From contig NC_043005.1 of NCBI RefSeq assembly GCF_006345805.1, forward strand, positions 14,570,001 to 14,634,000: 64,000 nt of DNA. The letters run 5' to 3'. Under the pieces are notes generated by a model. That model worked only from the letters and a program-made list of their open reading frames with translations, was not told where the DNA came from and searched no databases. This DNA comes from Octopus sinensis. Its lineage: Eukaryota. Shown in pieces: positions 12,060-24,074 of the stretch; position 1 is the stretch's first letter, and each line of letters opens with the position of its first letter. Both the position numbers and the translations under genes were made by a program.

Positions 12060-12790
12060 CACGATGACCATTTAATACGTTACGAAGAACTACATAAGCT
12101 GCTCAACAACTCTAATTTACAATACACTAGGTCTCCAGACGCCCCGATTGATTTATGACACCCGAGACTTCTACAACCAGAATTTGTCATTTTCCTGACC
12201 ACCATGTTTGGTCCGTAACTACTATATATCCCTTATCCTTATATTCTTTTACACTTTTTATTTTTATTTTTATAACTTTATACCTTTATATTCATTTATA
12301 TTTTTTAATATTTTTTTAATATTTTTTATATCTCTTTATACCTTTATACTCTACATTTTTATATTTTTCTATACTTACACTCTTTATAGATTTTTTATCC
12401 TTCGTCCTGAATTCTCGCCCCTCCATCTTTATCTCTATTTGCTCTTATTTCCAGGTTCCTTCACGTCCGTCTGTGTTTATATATTTATATATGTATATAT
12501 TTACTTATTAATTTATTTATATTACTTCAACATCCAAACTTCCTCATTCTACATTGAGAGAAGAACGAGATGGACGCTTTATTTTTATGCTGTTACCGCA
12601 TTACGTCGTACGCGAATGAGAGGATTTGCATACCCAACCAAGAATTTTTGATGTAATACATGTCCTTGAAGAAGTAGTTGTGCGCGGCTGAAGAAGGCCA
12701 CAGACGCACATTATGCTTTGTTATAAATCCGTCAAATAAAGGCCCGAAACATATGTACCGCTGAATCCTTGGCATCATGTTTTTATTTTG
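12060..12790 (+). mobile_element. Probable Penelope-like element terminal region with hammerhead ribozyme
   Basis: Hammerhead at 12684-12761 within a T-rich non-coding segment. PLE identity is inferred from the ribozyme type, not from a clear RT/GIY-YIG match. Confidence 0.5.
12684..12761 (+). ncRNA. Type I hammerhead ribozyme, canonical core
   Basis: Stem I GCGG/CCGC, core CTGAAGA (12688-12694), stem II GGCC/GGCC with an A.C closing pair and 41-nt loop, GAAA, palindromic stem III ACATATGT, and UA cleavage site after 12757. Confidence 0.75.
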
Positions 12791-12866
12791 ATTAATTTAT
12801 ATATATATATTACGGAGATGTACTCGCATAGCAAGTAATTTGATCTGAGATCGTGTGCTAAAACGA

Positions 12867-13162
12867 AAACAATTGCAGCGTGGAAGGTGTTTATAAGCCA
12901 TTTAAGAAACACACAAAAGCCGTTCGATTCACTTCAACATTTAAGTTTAATTTGTCAAAATATTTTCGTCGCTAAAATCCGCGACCTGTTCACTGACAAA
13001 GTCCGTGCTGCATCACGAGATGCAGCACGGACTTTGTCATGAACAGGTCGCGGATTTTAGCGACGAAAATATTTTGACAAATTAAACTTAAATGTTGAAG
13101 TGAATCGAACGGCTTTTGTGTTTCTTAAATGGCTTATAAACACCTTCCACGCTGCAATTGTT

Positions 13163-13163
<1 letters not shown>
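12867..13163. repeat. Near-perfect inverted repeat (arms 12867-13014 and 13019-13163, 4-nt loop ACGA)
   Basis: The arms are reverse complements except a 2-nt and a 1-nt deletion in the right arm; (TA)n on both outer flanks. Confidence 0.95.
12951..13000 (-). ncRNA. Type I hammerhead-like motif with G3/C8 swapped core
   Basis: Minus strand TTTGTCA-GTGAACA-G-GTCGC(GGATTTTA)GCGAC-GAAA-ATAT-T-T-TGACAAA: 7-bp stem I, 5-bp stem II, palindromic AATATT stem III. Confidence 0.65.
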
Positions 13164-13223
<60 letters not shown>

Positions 13224-13424
13224 TAGTTTAACTGTTATTTCTAACCGAATGTGTACTTGTAGCACATACAATCACAATTAGTGACAGCTAAATTTTGCCT
13301 AAACAGTTTATATTGCGCCCAGCTGCCGACATTAATTTTATGCTATACGATTTGGTATTTCGCTAAACCAGCCACATATACTTATGGCAAAATCCCTTTG
13401 CGGGTCAATAAATAAAGCATCAGT

Positions 13425-13498
13425 CCTGTCTTCTTTTCTTCTTCTTCTTCTTCTTCTTCTTCTTCTTCTTCTTCTTCTTCTTCTTCTTCTTTTCTTCT

Positions 13499-13550
<52 letters not shown>

Positions 13551-13562
13551 TATTTCTTTCTT
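13425..13562. repeat. (CTT)n/(CTTT)n microsatellite
   Basis: Direct reading. Confidence 0.95.
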
Positions 13563-14024
13563 TCTCCCCCCTTTCCCTCTTATTTTTCTCTCTTCGTTCT
13601 ATCTAATACAAAGGTCCTACTTTTGTTTAGACTGATTTGGCCTGAGAATTACGCTTAGACCATACAAGTCTGCGGAATACTCTACCACCGGAATTCTTTT
13701 GATCGAACATCTAAATGTTCATAGCCAAAACCGACGGAGAATCCACCTAAGTTATTTGAAATAGTTTAGTCTTAACAAGGAAGAGATCATGGTATCATAC
13801 GTTTCGCAGGAGCTTGGTAGGTAATCGAATTAATTGTTTCATACATAAAAATAGAAGAAATAAATATTTAATTCGAAGCTAGAGGTTCACTCATTGATGC
13901 TAGCTGACGGCATGCAGCATCTGGCACCCACCAGTAAGATGTGACACCTTAGTAAGACAATTTATTTCTTTAATTATCTGTAGGAGAGTTTGTAAGAGCC
14001 GTAGTATTGTATTCTTGACAGGAT

Positions 14025-14400
14025 ACAAAGTTAAGTTAATTTTTTGGCTCAAAAAGCAAAAAGCAAGGCCATGTAGGGGGACATGGAGTTATGTACAGGG
14101 AGGGTGTCCATGCAAAGCGTTCAGGCCATTTCTGGTCAAGAGAGACTTTGAACCGAGCGGTCGTCGGCATCTTCACTATCTCGTCCGGCAGCTTATTCCA
14201 CGGATCCGTAACCCGGACGGAGAAAGCCCCTCTCCTTCGATTGAGATGAAATCGCCGCAGATAGAGCTTTTCGGAGTGACCCCGCAGCCGACGCTCTGGA
14301 GCAGGAGTGAAGAACAGCTCTTTCGAGAGGTCACATTTTCCGCTTATGATGTTGTGAGCAAGAATGAGATCACCACGGCGTCGTCGTTTTTCTAAACTAT
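14025..14400 (-). mobile_element. 3' fragment of a CR1-clade LINE
   Basis: Open frame from 14395: LEKRRRRGDLILAHNIISGKCDLSKELFFTPAPERRLRGHSEKLYLRRFHLNRRRGAFSVRVTDPWNKLPDEIVKMPTTARFKVSLD. This matches the CR1 ORF2 C-terminal RRxRGDL...RGH...FS.RV...WN.LP pattern. Short TTAAC-repeat tail. Confidence 0.85.
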
Positions 14401-14624
14401 TTGGATGTCATTCCCTCACATGCACGCACGCACGCACACACATACACACACACAGAGAGGTACGCACGCACGATCTCTCTCTTAACTTGCCCAGCTCTGC
14501 CAAGCTTAAAATTCTACGTTAGTACAATGAAATTAGTAAAAGCAATCGTATAAAGGGGGAAGAAAAGCAACAACATGAACTAGTAAATTTGAAAAAATAT
14601 TTAAAGGACAGAATATAACTTCAC

Positions 14625-14835
14625 CCGTTTTAGAAATAAATTCAGTGGTAACGGTGATGTATCCGACGATTCCAACCTGATATCCTCCAACGTCTAACTT
14701 GGTTCGTTTAACTACTGGTTGCATTTCATCGATTCCAGTCACGTTTATATTGGCACATACAACAGGGAAAGTTACGTTTTTCAAAAACGGTCCAAGTCCA
14801 CTTATTTCGTCATCAAATTCGTGGTTACCAAGACA
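14625..14835 (-). CDS. NT5E: Ecto-5'-nucleotidase (CD73-like) internal exon, equivalent to vertebrate exon 2
   Basis: Translates CLGNHEFDDEISGLGPFLKNVTFPVVCANINVTGIDEMQPVVKRTKLDVGGYQVGIVGYITVTTEFISKT+G, with the GNHEFD catalytic motif. Acceptor TTCCTTCTAG (AG at 14837-14836), donor GTGAAG (14624). 211 nt, phase 0 to 1; splices in frame to the 893-1078 exon (G+AT = Asp). Confidence 0.95.
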
Positions 14836-15309
14836 CTAGAAGGAAAAAATAGGGCAAAATATGAGTAAATATTTATTTATCTGATTCATTAGACTGTGGT
14901 AAATGAAGTCATGACTTCAAAGTTAAGGGATTAGCAAAAAGGAAGAGGAATACTGAAAAATGTAAGCTGTGATACTCATGTTAGTGGATGTGAGTATCGT
15001 CAGATGATTACAACTTTGTCGTGTTATTTATTAAAATTCCATTTAATCCAAGAATGCAGGACAGAAATAGTTTATCGACACCTCACCCCCATCCCACCCA
15101 GATATCGGACTCAGTGCAACATTATTTCTATCAACTTCGGAAGGATGAAAGGCAAAGTTGAAACCAGATCGTATTCTTCGCTCTCCCGGAAATTCCACAC
15201 CCCCACTCTGGAACAACAACAACAATTCTACCCCCACCACCCTGGAACAACAACAACAACAACATTCCCCTCTGGAACAACAACAAAAAAGCAGCAGAAA
15301 TAACAACAA

Positions 15310-15359
15310 TGCTGATGACGACAGTGACGACGACGATGAGGAGGAAGATGATGATGATG

Positions 15360-15444
<85 letters not shown>

Positions 15445-15500
15445 GGAGGAGGAGGAGGAGGAGGAGGAGGAAGAGGAGGAAGAGGAGGAAGAGGAATTAT
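15310..15500. repeat. Compound (GAT)n-(GAG)n microsatellite
   Basis: Direct reading; yields spurious poly-D/E and poly-M/R ORFs. Confidence 0.95.
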
Positions 15501-15779
15501 AATTTCAAAAATGAAGGTTTACAGAGAATTGATTATGAAAATAAATAAATAAAGAAAGAAAGAAAGAAAGAAATGCACATACAGAAAACAAGCTTACACA
15601 AAACTTGATTATATGAAATGGCTACCCAGAGCCAGTTAAGGAATACCACTAATCTGAGTTTTGACATGAAAGAGCGTTTCTCCTCTCCCAGCTATATTTT
15701 ACGGTCCACTGATACAGATAAAGAGTGGGCACATTCAACCATTACTGTGATTATGGTGGGCCATGTCTTTGGACAAATC

Positions 15780-16290
15780 ACATTGATATTATTGGTATAG
15801 AAATAAGACACGGAACCAAATATATACCATGTCATAATAAGACATATCACAATAAAATGGTCGTCATTTGTATACGAACAATTTTAGGTTGTACGCTGAA
15901 AATGACAAACAACTAGAAACACTGCTGCAGAGAATGCACAGATTTAATTGAGGAAATGACAGAAGAATCGAATAAAAATAAATGCCCCAAGAGCAAACCT
16001 AAGTGATACTATGCTATTCGAAAAGACTGTGATAAGAGATTTTGGTAATATAAGGCTGTAAAAATACTAAGAAATCAATGAACAGGCAACGTGCAACACA
16101 CAACGGATAAGAAAAGATTAGGATGAAATATAGAAGCATTAGATAAATGCAAAAAATGTAAAGCAACAGTATCAACACTCCAGTTGTCCTTGCAATAAGT
16201 TATATTTACAATATACCCGAATAGAGTCAAACGAAGTTGCAATACTAGATCGAAGATCATGAAAATTGACTTCATTTATAATATGTCAGG
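15780..16290 (+). mobile_element. Decayed R4/Dong-type RT fragment
   Basis: HLYTNNFRLYAENDKQLETLLQRMHRF (from 15865) resembles HLLYMDDLKLYAKNDxQLExLL; downstream NSINTPVVLAISY resembles AINTxAxPVISY. Confidence 0.6.
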
Positions 16291-16444
16291 CAGAATCAGC
16301 CATCGAATGATTATATTTATCAATTTATCACTGCTATTGGGAGATAGTATCCTTATGCAGCTCAAAATAGATATTATTTAATATCCATCTAATACAGCTA
16401 AGCATTTTGCCCGGCATGCTGACGATTCTGGCAGCTCACCGCCT

Positions 16445-16452
16445 GAATAATG

Positions 16453-16528
<76 letters not shown>

Positions 16529-16631
16529 TGATGATGATAATAATAATATATAATAATAATAATAATAATATAATGATAATATAATAATAATATATAATAA
16601 TAATAACAAAAATATAATAATAATAATAGTA

Positions 16632-16678
<47 letters not shown>

Positions 16679-16690
16679 TAACAATAATAA

Positions 16691-16721
<31 letters not shown>

Positions 16722-16742
16722 TAATATGTAATAGTAATACTA

Positions 16743-16780
<38 letters not shown>

Positions 16781-16867
16781 TAATAATAATAATAATATAT
16801 AATAATAATAATAATAAAATAATAATAATAAAATAATAATAATAATAAATAATAATAATAATAATAA

Positions 16868-16904
<37 letters not shown>

Positions 16905-17105
16905 TAATAATATAATAATAATAATAAATAATAATAATAATAATAATAGTAATAGTAATAATAATAATATAATAATAATATAATAATAATAAGAAGAGAA
17001 GAAGAAGAAGAAGAAGAAGAACAACACAACAACAACAACAACAGTAACATAACAATAACAATAACATAATAATAATAATAATAATAATAATATAATAATA
17101 ATATA
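16445..17105. repeat. Long degenerate (TAA)n microsatellite with (AAG)n/(AAC)n blocks
   Basis: Direct reading. Confidence 0.95.
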
Positions 17106-17194
17106 TGCCACCAGGGCGAAGGAGGAGTGGAGAATACAAAAGCATACATAAAGTGTTGGGGATTACATATGATGGAATTATTTTAAAAAAACAG

Positions 17195-19990
17195 TTTACA
17201 CGGTATACATTAGAAGGGCGGTATACGACACTAGAAGAAGAGGGGAAAAGTGATGGAGTCCACGTGATACAAGAGAACCTCTAGGGATAATCAAGGAATC
17301 CCACCATCCAAGATTACCCTGAATACCAAGGACAAGTGCCCTCTCCAACTCCTTCCCACTCACAGATCTACACTGAAAGTGGCACCATCCACTTTTGCCA
17401 TTTTCGCAACTTTTACCCAACTTTTGATAAATTCATTCGAGGCCATCACCTCCCTCTCTACTTTCACTTTCTTTTTCAAATGAAACTTGAAAAAGTCGAT
17501 GTGGGATTTACCAAAGAGGAATGTTTCTGTCTTCGTTCCTTTTAGCCACGTCCACAAGACAACCCCTTTCGCCACAGCCACCAGACGAAGAAAAACTGCC
17601 TTGCCTGTCCGATTAAAGGAGGGCGGCGGGGCAATCATCATTATGGACTCGGACGACAGACGGATCCGTCCCACAAGCGACAGCAGCTGTTTGACATAAC
17701 TCCACAAGTCAGCAATGTCCGGACACAGAACGAGAGCATGCAGAATGGTTTCGTCGCTCTGCGAGCACATCGGACAAGCCCGTCTGACAGCAGATCCGTG
17801 CCTGTAAAGTTTATCTCGAACCGATAGCGCCCCCACTCCCGGTAGCACTGCCAGGCCAAAGACATCTGGAAATTATCCATTATAGACACCGACCGAAAGT
17901 CCTCCGGAAAAGACTTGCCAGTTCGTCTTCGTCTACGCCTAGGGTTTCACCGAGTACGTCGTCGCATTTCCCGGCTACTAATCCTCTTTATATAGCTAAA
18001 GTGGAACATCCACCGATCCTATTGCCTGACTTGTAGAGGACAGTGAGCGCTCAACGACATTCTAAGTGCCAGGCGCCCAGTCTCGGCCTATCCCTTACCC
18101 AGGACTGCAGCTTCGTCAAGGAAAGGTGTGTCTCACAAACGGCAAAGAAAGGCATGTTTCCGAACTGCGGAAAGACGTGTCTCACAAACGGAGCTCACAT
18201 ATGTTCACCTAGAAATCGTTGCAGGTGGCGCAACCTGAGTGCATGTCTGCGCATCAAAAGCCATGGCATGCCTAAGCTGCCACGCAGAGAGAATTGGGAG
18301 CAGAGTGGCCGCCTAACCATTGGAATGCGTCCCTTTCATAGGAAAATAAACAGGATATGCTCCAGTCTAATCAAGCAGTAACTGGGGCAAGGCACGACGG
18401 TCAGACGATAAATAATGACAGAGGTAGTGTAGGCACTCGTCACCTCTGCCGACCTTTCTGGGTAAGACAGGCTACTCTGTTCGTCACCTCTTCCCTTTCT
18501 TATCCACCTGGAGGTCGAAACCACACCAGACCCCAAGCAATTTAACTGGTCTGTCAGTCCGGCGTCCAACGACGGCATCGATCTGCCTCTCCAGGTGCGC
18601 AGTCGCAATCCCACCGACTTGTGGGCGTTGATTTTGGCCCCTGCAGCCGACGCAAATTCCTTTACAAGGGCGGCTTCTAAGAAGCGATGGTCGACCCTAT
18701 CGAAAGCTTTCGACTGATCTAAATTGATCAGGGCCCCACCGAAGCCACTTTAGTCCCAGCCCTCTCTACGATGTATCGCATAAAGTGGAAGTTGTCGCTT
18801 TAGATCTAATCGAGATTGCGCACGTTTGTGCCTCCCCGGCCAGACAACCGACGACAAGCACCAACCTTTTTGATAACACCTTGGCCAAAATTTTAAACTC
18901 TGTGTTTAGCAGAGTTATGGGCCGAAAATTCACTAGCACGTCCCCGTTGTCGGCGTCCTTTTTCAGCAGTGTTACCACACACCGGCTAACAGGACTAGGA
19001 ATTCTCCCATTCTGCTGCGAGTTATGTAGACGTTTATCAAGAAGCTTCCAAACAAGTCTGGCACGAATACATAGAATTCGTAGGGTAAACCATCCAAACC
19101 GGGCGATTTGCGACTTGTGCAATTACTCATCACCTCCCGTATTTCAGTGGCTGTAATCGGCTTTTCGCAGAATCTCGCGTCTGTTACCAGTAGCTGTGGT
19201 AGGCCATCCAGGTACGAAGTAAAGTCCGTTACCGTCGTTGACCCATCATCCACCCCAAACAACTGAACAATGTGCTGCCGAAAAACCGCACACATCTGCT
19301 CATGCCCGTCCTGATCCATCAAAGACTTGATCGTAGTTTTGTTTCCACGTCGCATCTCTACCTTTCGGGCCCATCAGACGAGCCTAAGTTCTGACAACGC
19401 ACCCTACGTGTTTCACCTCAAAAGAAATGGTCAAAGGCCATTCTCACCGCTAACACATCTGTAGCGATGCCTTTACTAATAGCCTATGTACTAAACCCAC
19501 ACAGTTCTTCTGTACGTTCAAAATACTATTCCAGCCCCGACTAGTATTAAAGTGCGAGGCGTTCCCAAAAATATTTCTATACACCTGAAGAAATCTGGCC
19601 TTCCAGCCCTTGTTGGGGCATAAACCACCACCACTCTAAAGGCACTACCTCGCTGCCATTCATGTCCAGGACCACCACCCTACCATCCGGATCCAGGAAG
19701 ATAGCCCATACTTGGAGATTTAAGAATTTCCTGAGTAGCACTACTACACCACCACGCGCTCCCGATAGACCACAAGATGAGAATACCTCGTGGTCCTCGA
19801 AAATGGATGCTAAAGCGTGTTTTCCGGAGATCCTTGTTTCACTAATGGCAGCCACATCTAAATCAAGCGACCTGAGATCATTGAGCAAGTGACCTTGCTT
19901 CCAAGCTTCTCCCAGGCCACGCACAATCACACACCCCATTTCCAGCACAGTCACGCTAGTCGGAGAAACAAAAAAGAGGAGGTTTCTCAC
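17195..19990 (-). mobile_element. Decayed L1/Tx1-clade LINE ORF2 (APE endonuclease, RT, C-terminal CCHC)
   Basis: APE: GCVIVRGL...DVAAISETR. RT: NFRPITLLNTEFKILAKVL and GALINLDQSKAFDRVDH (about 18688-18735). zf-RVT: CPMCSQSDETILHALVLC. Frameshifts, internal deletions, and YADD not intact. Confidence 0.9.
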
Positions 19991-20229
19991 CTTGATTTTC
20001 GAGAAGCCTGGAAATTCCTGGCCTCTCTACTGGCGAAAAAATTTTGAAAGGCCCTTCCAACAGCCTTTTATCAACTGATTTTTTAAAAAATCACACTACA
20101 CGATAATTTTTCTCTTATAGTTTTATAAACGTCTGGCGACGCTTTAATTAAGAGTCTGTCCTTATGGGTTTTGAGGACGAAATCCTCAAATTCCTTTCCC
20201 TCTATTTCTATTTTGTTTTTGTTTTGACT

Positions 20230-20552
20230 TTCGATTCCCAGACCGGGCATTGTGAGTGTTTATTGAGCAAAAGCACTTAAAGCTTCACGAGGCTCCTGCA
20301 GGGGGGGGGGTGAACCCTGCTGTACTCTTTCACCACAACTTTCTCTCGCTCTTTCTTCCTGTTTCTGTTGTACCTGTATTTCAAAGGGCCAGCCTTGTCA
20401 CACTCTGTGTCACGCTGAATCTCCTCGAGAACTACGTTAAGGGTACACGTGTCTGTGGAGTGCTCAGCCACTTGCACGTTAATTCCACGAGCAAGCTGTT
20501 CCGTTGATCGTATCAGCTGGGACCCTCATCGTCGTAACCGACGGAGTGCTCC
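20230..20552 (+). mobile_element. SINE family C, 5'-truncated
   Basis: Matches the 3307-3695 body and tail. Confidence 0.88.
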
Positions 20553-21662
20553 TACTACTGTTTTGACTTACAAAATCCATCAATTCACTATTGCATTTGT
20601 TCACAACAGTGAAATTAATATTTCGTTTACAGTCTGATGAATAACTCTTGTTCTGTAATTGGTTGTTTCTGTGTTTCTGTGATTTCCTGCTGTTGATGAT
20701 GAAGTTACCGATTTTGAAGTTGTTGTTCTTGTTATTTTTGTTAGAGTGGTTGTGAATTATGTTGCATTATGGCTTCACGATATGTCTTTGTTGAGTTCTT
20801 GACGTAGAGCTATGTACTCTCCTCCTCTTTCGCCTACCCTCTTTTGCCACTGTGATCTATTGATCGTCCAGCTCTTCTTTCTCTGTGTCACTGTAGTTGA
20901 TGCTGGTTCGGGGTGGTAGAGCATTCAGGAGAAGCTTGCTTTTTCGTCACAACCGGGGTAGACTCCTTCTGAGTCTTGGTTTGGAAATGGGGGTGTGCGT
21001 AGGTGTGGGTATAGGTGTGGGAGTCTTGAGTACTTATTCATGATTATTTTGCGTTTGTGGTGTTTGTAGTGTTGGCAGTGGTAGGTGTTTAGTTTTTCTT
21101 GTTTCAGGACAGAAGAAACTTTATTTGTTTTCTCTATGCCACCTGGTATAATGTAGCACCTGATGTTTTGCCGATTGGAGCATTTTATTGCTTAGATGTT
21201 CATTTGTGACAATAATCATTGTCCCGTACAGTATTGCTGCTGCTGCTGCTGCCGCAATTTTGCTATTGTCACCACTGCACACTTATTGATTGTACCACCT
21301 CCTAGAATAAACATGTCACTCTTTTTTTATTTTTGTAGTTACAAAAATAAACAACAGAGGTATATGAGTTTTATTGCTCGTGGGAAATGTCTGAAAGCAG
21401 ATCACTACAAAAAATGGCTACAGTTTATGTAAACAAATGCTTACAAAACATTTTATACATACATATATACATACACACATATACACAAATATATGTGTAC
21501 GTGTGTGTGTGTGTGTGTGTGTTTCCTTGTGTATGTTTGCAAGTATTTTCTTTTTATTTTATCTAGTTTCAGCTCACGAGCTGTGGCCATGCTGGGGCAC
21601 CGCCATTTATGTGTGTAACTACATGTAAAATACAAATTTATACGTACGGACAGATACATGTT

Positions 21663-21962
21663 TAGGCTCAATGGTTAGAGCGTCGAGCTCACAATCGTGA
21701 GATAGTGAGTTCCATTTCCGGACCGGGCTATGTGTTGTGTTCTTGAGCAAAACACTTTATTTCACGTTGCTCCTGTTCACTCAGCTGTAGAAATGAGTTG
21801 CGGCGTCGTTGTATCCCTTGGATAACATCGGTGGCGTGGAGAGGGGAGGCTGGTACGCATGTGCGACTGCTTCCATAAACAACTTTGCCCCGGACTTGTG
21901 GCTCAGACAGTAACTCTCTAGGTGCAATCCCATGGTCATTTATGACCGAAGGGGGTCTTTAG
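21663..21962 (+). mobile_element. SINE family D (tRNA-derived head)
   Basis: GGCTCAATGGTTAGAGCGTCGAGCTCAC head and TGTGTTGTGTTCTTGAGCAA core; homologous to 62775-63117 in the opposite orientation. Confidence 0.75.
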
Positions 21963-22033
21963 CCTTTATACATACATACATAGATACATACATACATACA
22001 TACATACATGTATGTACATATGTATATACATAC

Positions 22034-22064
<31 letters not shown>

Positions 22065-22075
22065 TGCATGTATGC

Positions 22076-22148
<73 letters not shown>

Positions 22149-23058
22149 GTATTTTTCTTACGAAAGATACAGACCGCAAAGCGGCGAGCTGGCAAACACG
22201 TTAGATATAGAATACAAGAAATAAAAGCTTAGAAAAATATTATGGAGATTTATAAGAAAATATAGGGAGTTGCAAACTTTGTATTTCCTTACAAAGTTCA
22301 GGAAAATCAATGAATGTGTAAAACAGATTGCAGGGAAAATAGAAAGAAGAGATGTTTTGTACTGTTATATAGAAAGACAATAAAATGTGAAAGGCTATTA
22401 AATAAAAATGGTGTGAGTTAGTTAAGCGTTGCCTATTTAACTGAGTAGTGGTGTAATCTTCCAGTATTTTGAAGGCACTTGTCATAGTGGTGTCATTTTG
22501 TAAATATCTCTGACCTCACATTCACATAATTTGCTGAATTCCTAAGATTTTTTAGTTTACAGTTTTCTCAGTTACACATAATCCGCATCTTTTAGCCTGC
22601 ATCACATAAGAGTCTTTCCGTTAATATTGACATATCAGCCTGCCGTGCCCTTCGTGCAGAGATGTTAAGTGATAAAATTCTGATGAAAGTAATGCATCCT
22701 TCCCACCAGGATGCAATATGACAGACATTCCAATTTGGTCAGATGGAAACTTGGGCGAGAATTGATGTTCAGGCAAGAGCAAATAAGGGAGGTGAAGTCC
22801 ATTCATCTCAATCTGACATTATATTTCCTTCAATTTATGAATGAAACTGGCCACCTACTCCTAATTTCGTTACTTTATGTTTAATACTAAAACAACACTC
22901 ATCTGTAAACGATAATAACTAGCGCTTTTGAGTTCACCACATTTGGCAAGTTGGCAGACATGGGATGTTCTAAGTGAACCTGACAAGTGGAACTGCACCT
23001 TTATATGAGTGTAACAACCTCGAGACCCTAAATGAGTTTTTCTTTGTTTTATATGCTA

Positions 23059-23451
23059 CTAGCAGTATCGCCCGGCGTTGCTCGGGTTTGTAAGGGAAAT
23101 AACTATATAAGCATTTTTAGAGATGTAAAGTATAATAGCAATCTCAATATGGCAAACCACAAAGGGGGGGTGTTACTGTAGCTTTTTACGTTCTGAGATT
23201 TAATAATAAATTTTTAGAGGGTTACTTCCCTTATATATGCCAAAAATGCATTAAAAATGGGAAAAATTGATGGTAAATTCTTTTTAAAATCGTAGACTCA
23301 TCGTAGACGCGCGCTAATACCCAGAAGGGCTCGATATGAATCACGACTATAAGATACCCGGTTTTGGTTACACTGTGCCGCAAAATGTGGGAGTAGTTAG
23401 GAATCTAAATCGTAGGAGACAGACATACAACTTCACTTTTATATATAAAGA
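23059..23451 (-). mobile_element. Non-autonomous Helitron
   Basis: TC...hairpin...CTAG on the minus strand, A|T target. Confidence 0.9.
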
Positions 23452-24074
23452 TTTGTAATTATTGTGTTTTCCTACAACCTTTTAATATTTTATGTTATCA
23501 TTTGACTGTTTTTATAAATTTCTGAACTGGTCTCCACATCCATTGTATAACATCTCATACCTTTCCCCTCGTTTCTATACAACTTGCTTGTCCTACTTCA
23601 CATGTTTTTATAAGCCCCTTATTTTTAACATTTCATATCCTGTATGCTTGAATAAAATTGAATAAAACTGTCCTCGCTGGGAATATAAACGAAATTATTA
23701 ACTTTTTTGTATTTTTTCTCTTTGTTTGTTGCGCACTTTCTCTAAGCATTTCTTTCTGTCTTGGCTTTGAGCAGTGTTTTTGTTTGGCTTTTGTATTTTC
23801 TTTTGCACTGAAAGTGGTCCATGCAATGTATATAGTGCCTGGTAATTCCACTTTCTCGGTGACATGCATATTTGTATGTCCTGTGATTTTGCTTGTATAT
23901 TTGTCAGTATATTTTAAAGTATTCCAAAGACACCTATTATCATGAGATTATTCCTATCAGTCTCTACATTCCGTCACTTCACATTTATTATATCTGGATA
24001 TTTTCCCCCTTTCTTTTAGTGATGCATTAATCGACATTTAGTGAGCGAATAATTTGATTAAGGTGTATTTCTAA

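Larger units (their letters stand above)
1079..14624 (-). other. NT5E-like intron (13,546 bp), filled with transposable elements
   Basis: GT..AG boundaries between the two in-frame exons. Confidence 0.9.

Noticed and set aside
14015-14395. 126-aa plus-strand ORF
   Set aside because: Antisense to the CR1 ORF2 C-terminus on the minus strand.
15158-15548. Acidic poly-D/E protein exon
   Set aside because: Pure GAT/GAG repeat without splice context; on the strand opposite the host gene.
20640-21300. Possible R4/Dong N-terminal region on the minus strand
   Set aside because: Similarity too weak and frame-broken to support by eye.
22621-22806. 61-aa ORF; CTGATGA followed by a GCATCCT/AGGATGC hairpin
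   Set aside because: No recognisable protein motif; the hairpin is not followed by GAAA or a stem I partner, so it is not a hammerhead.
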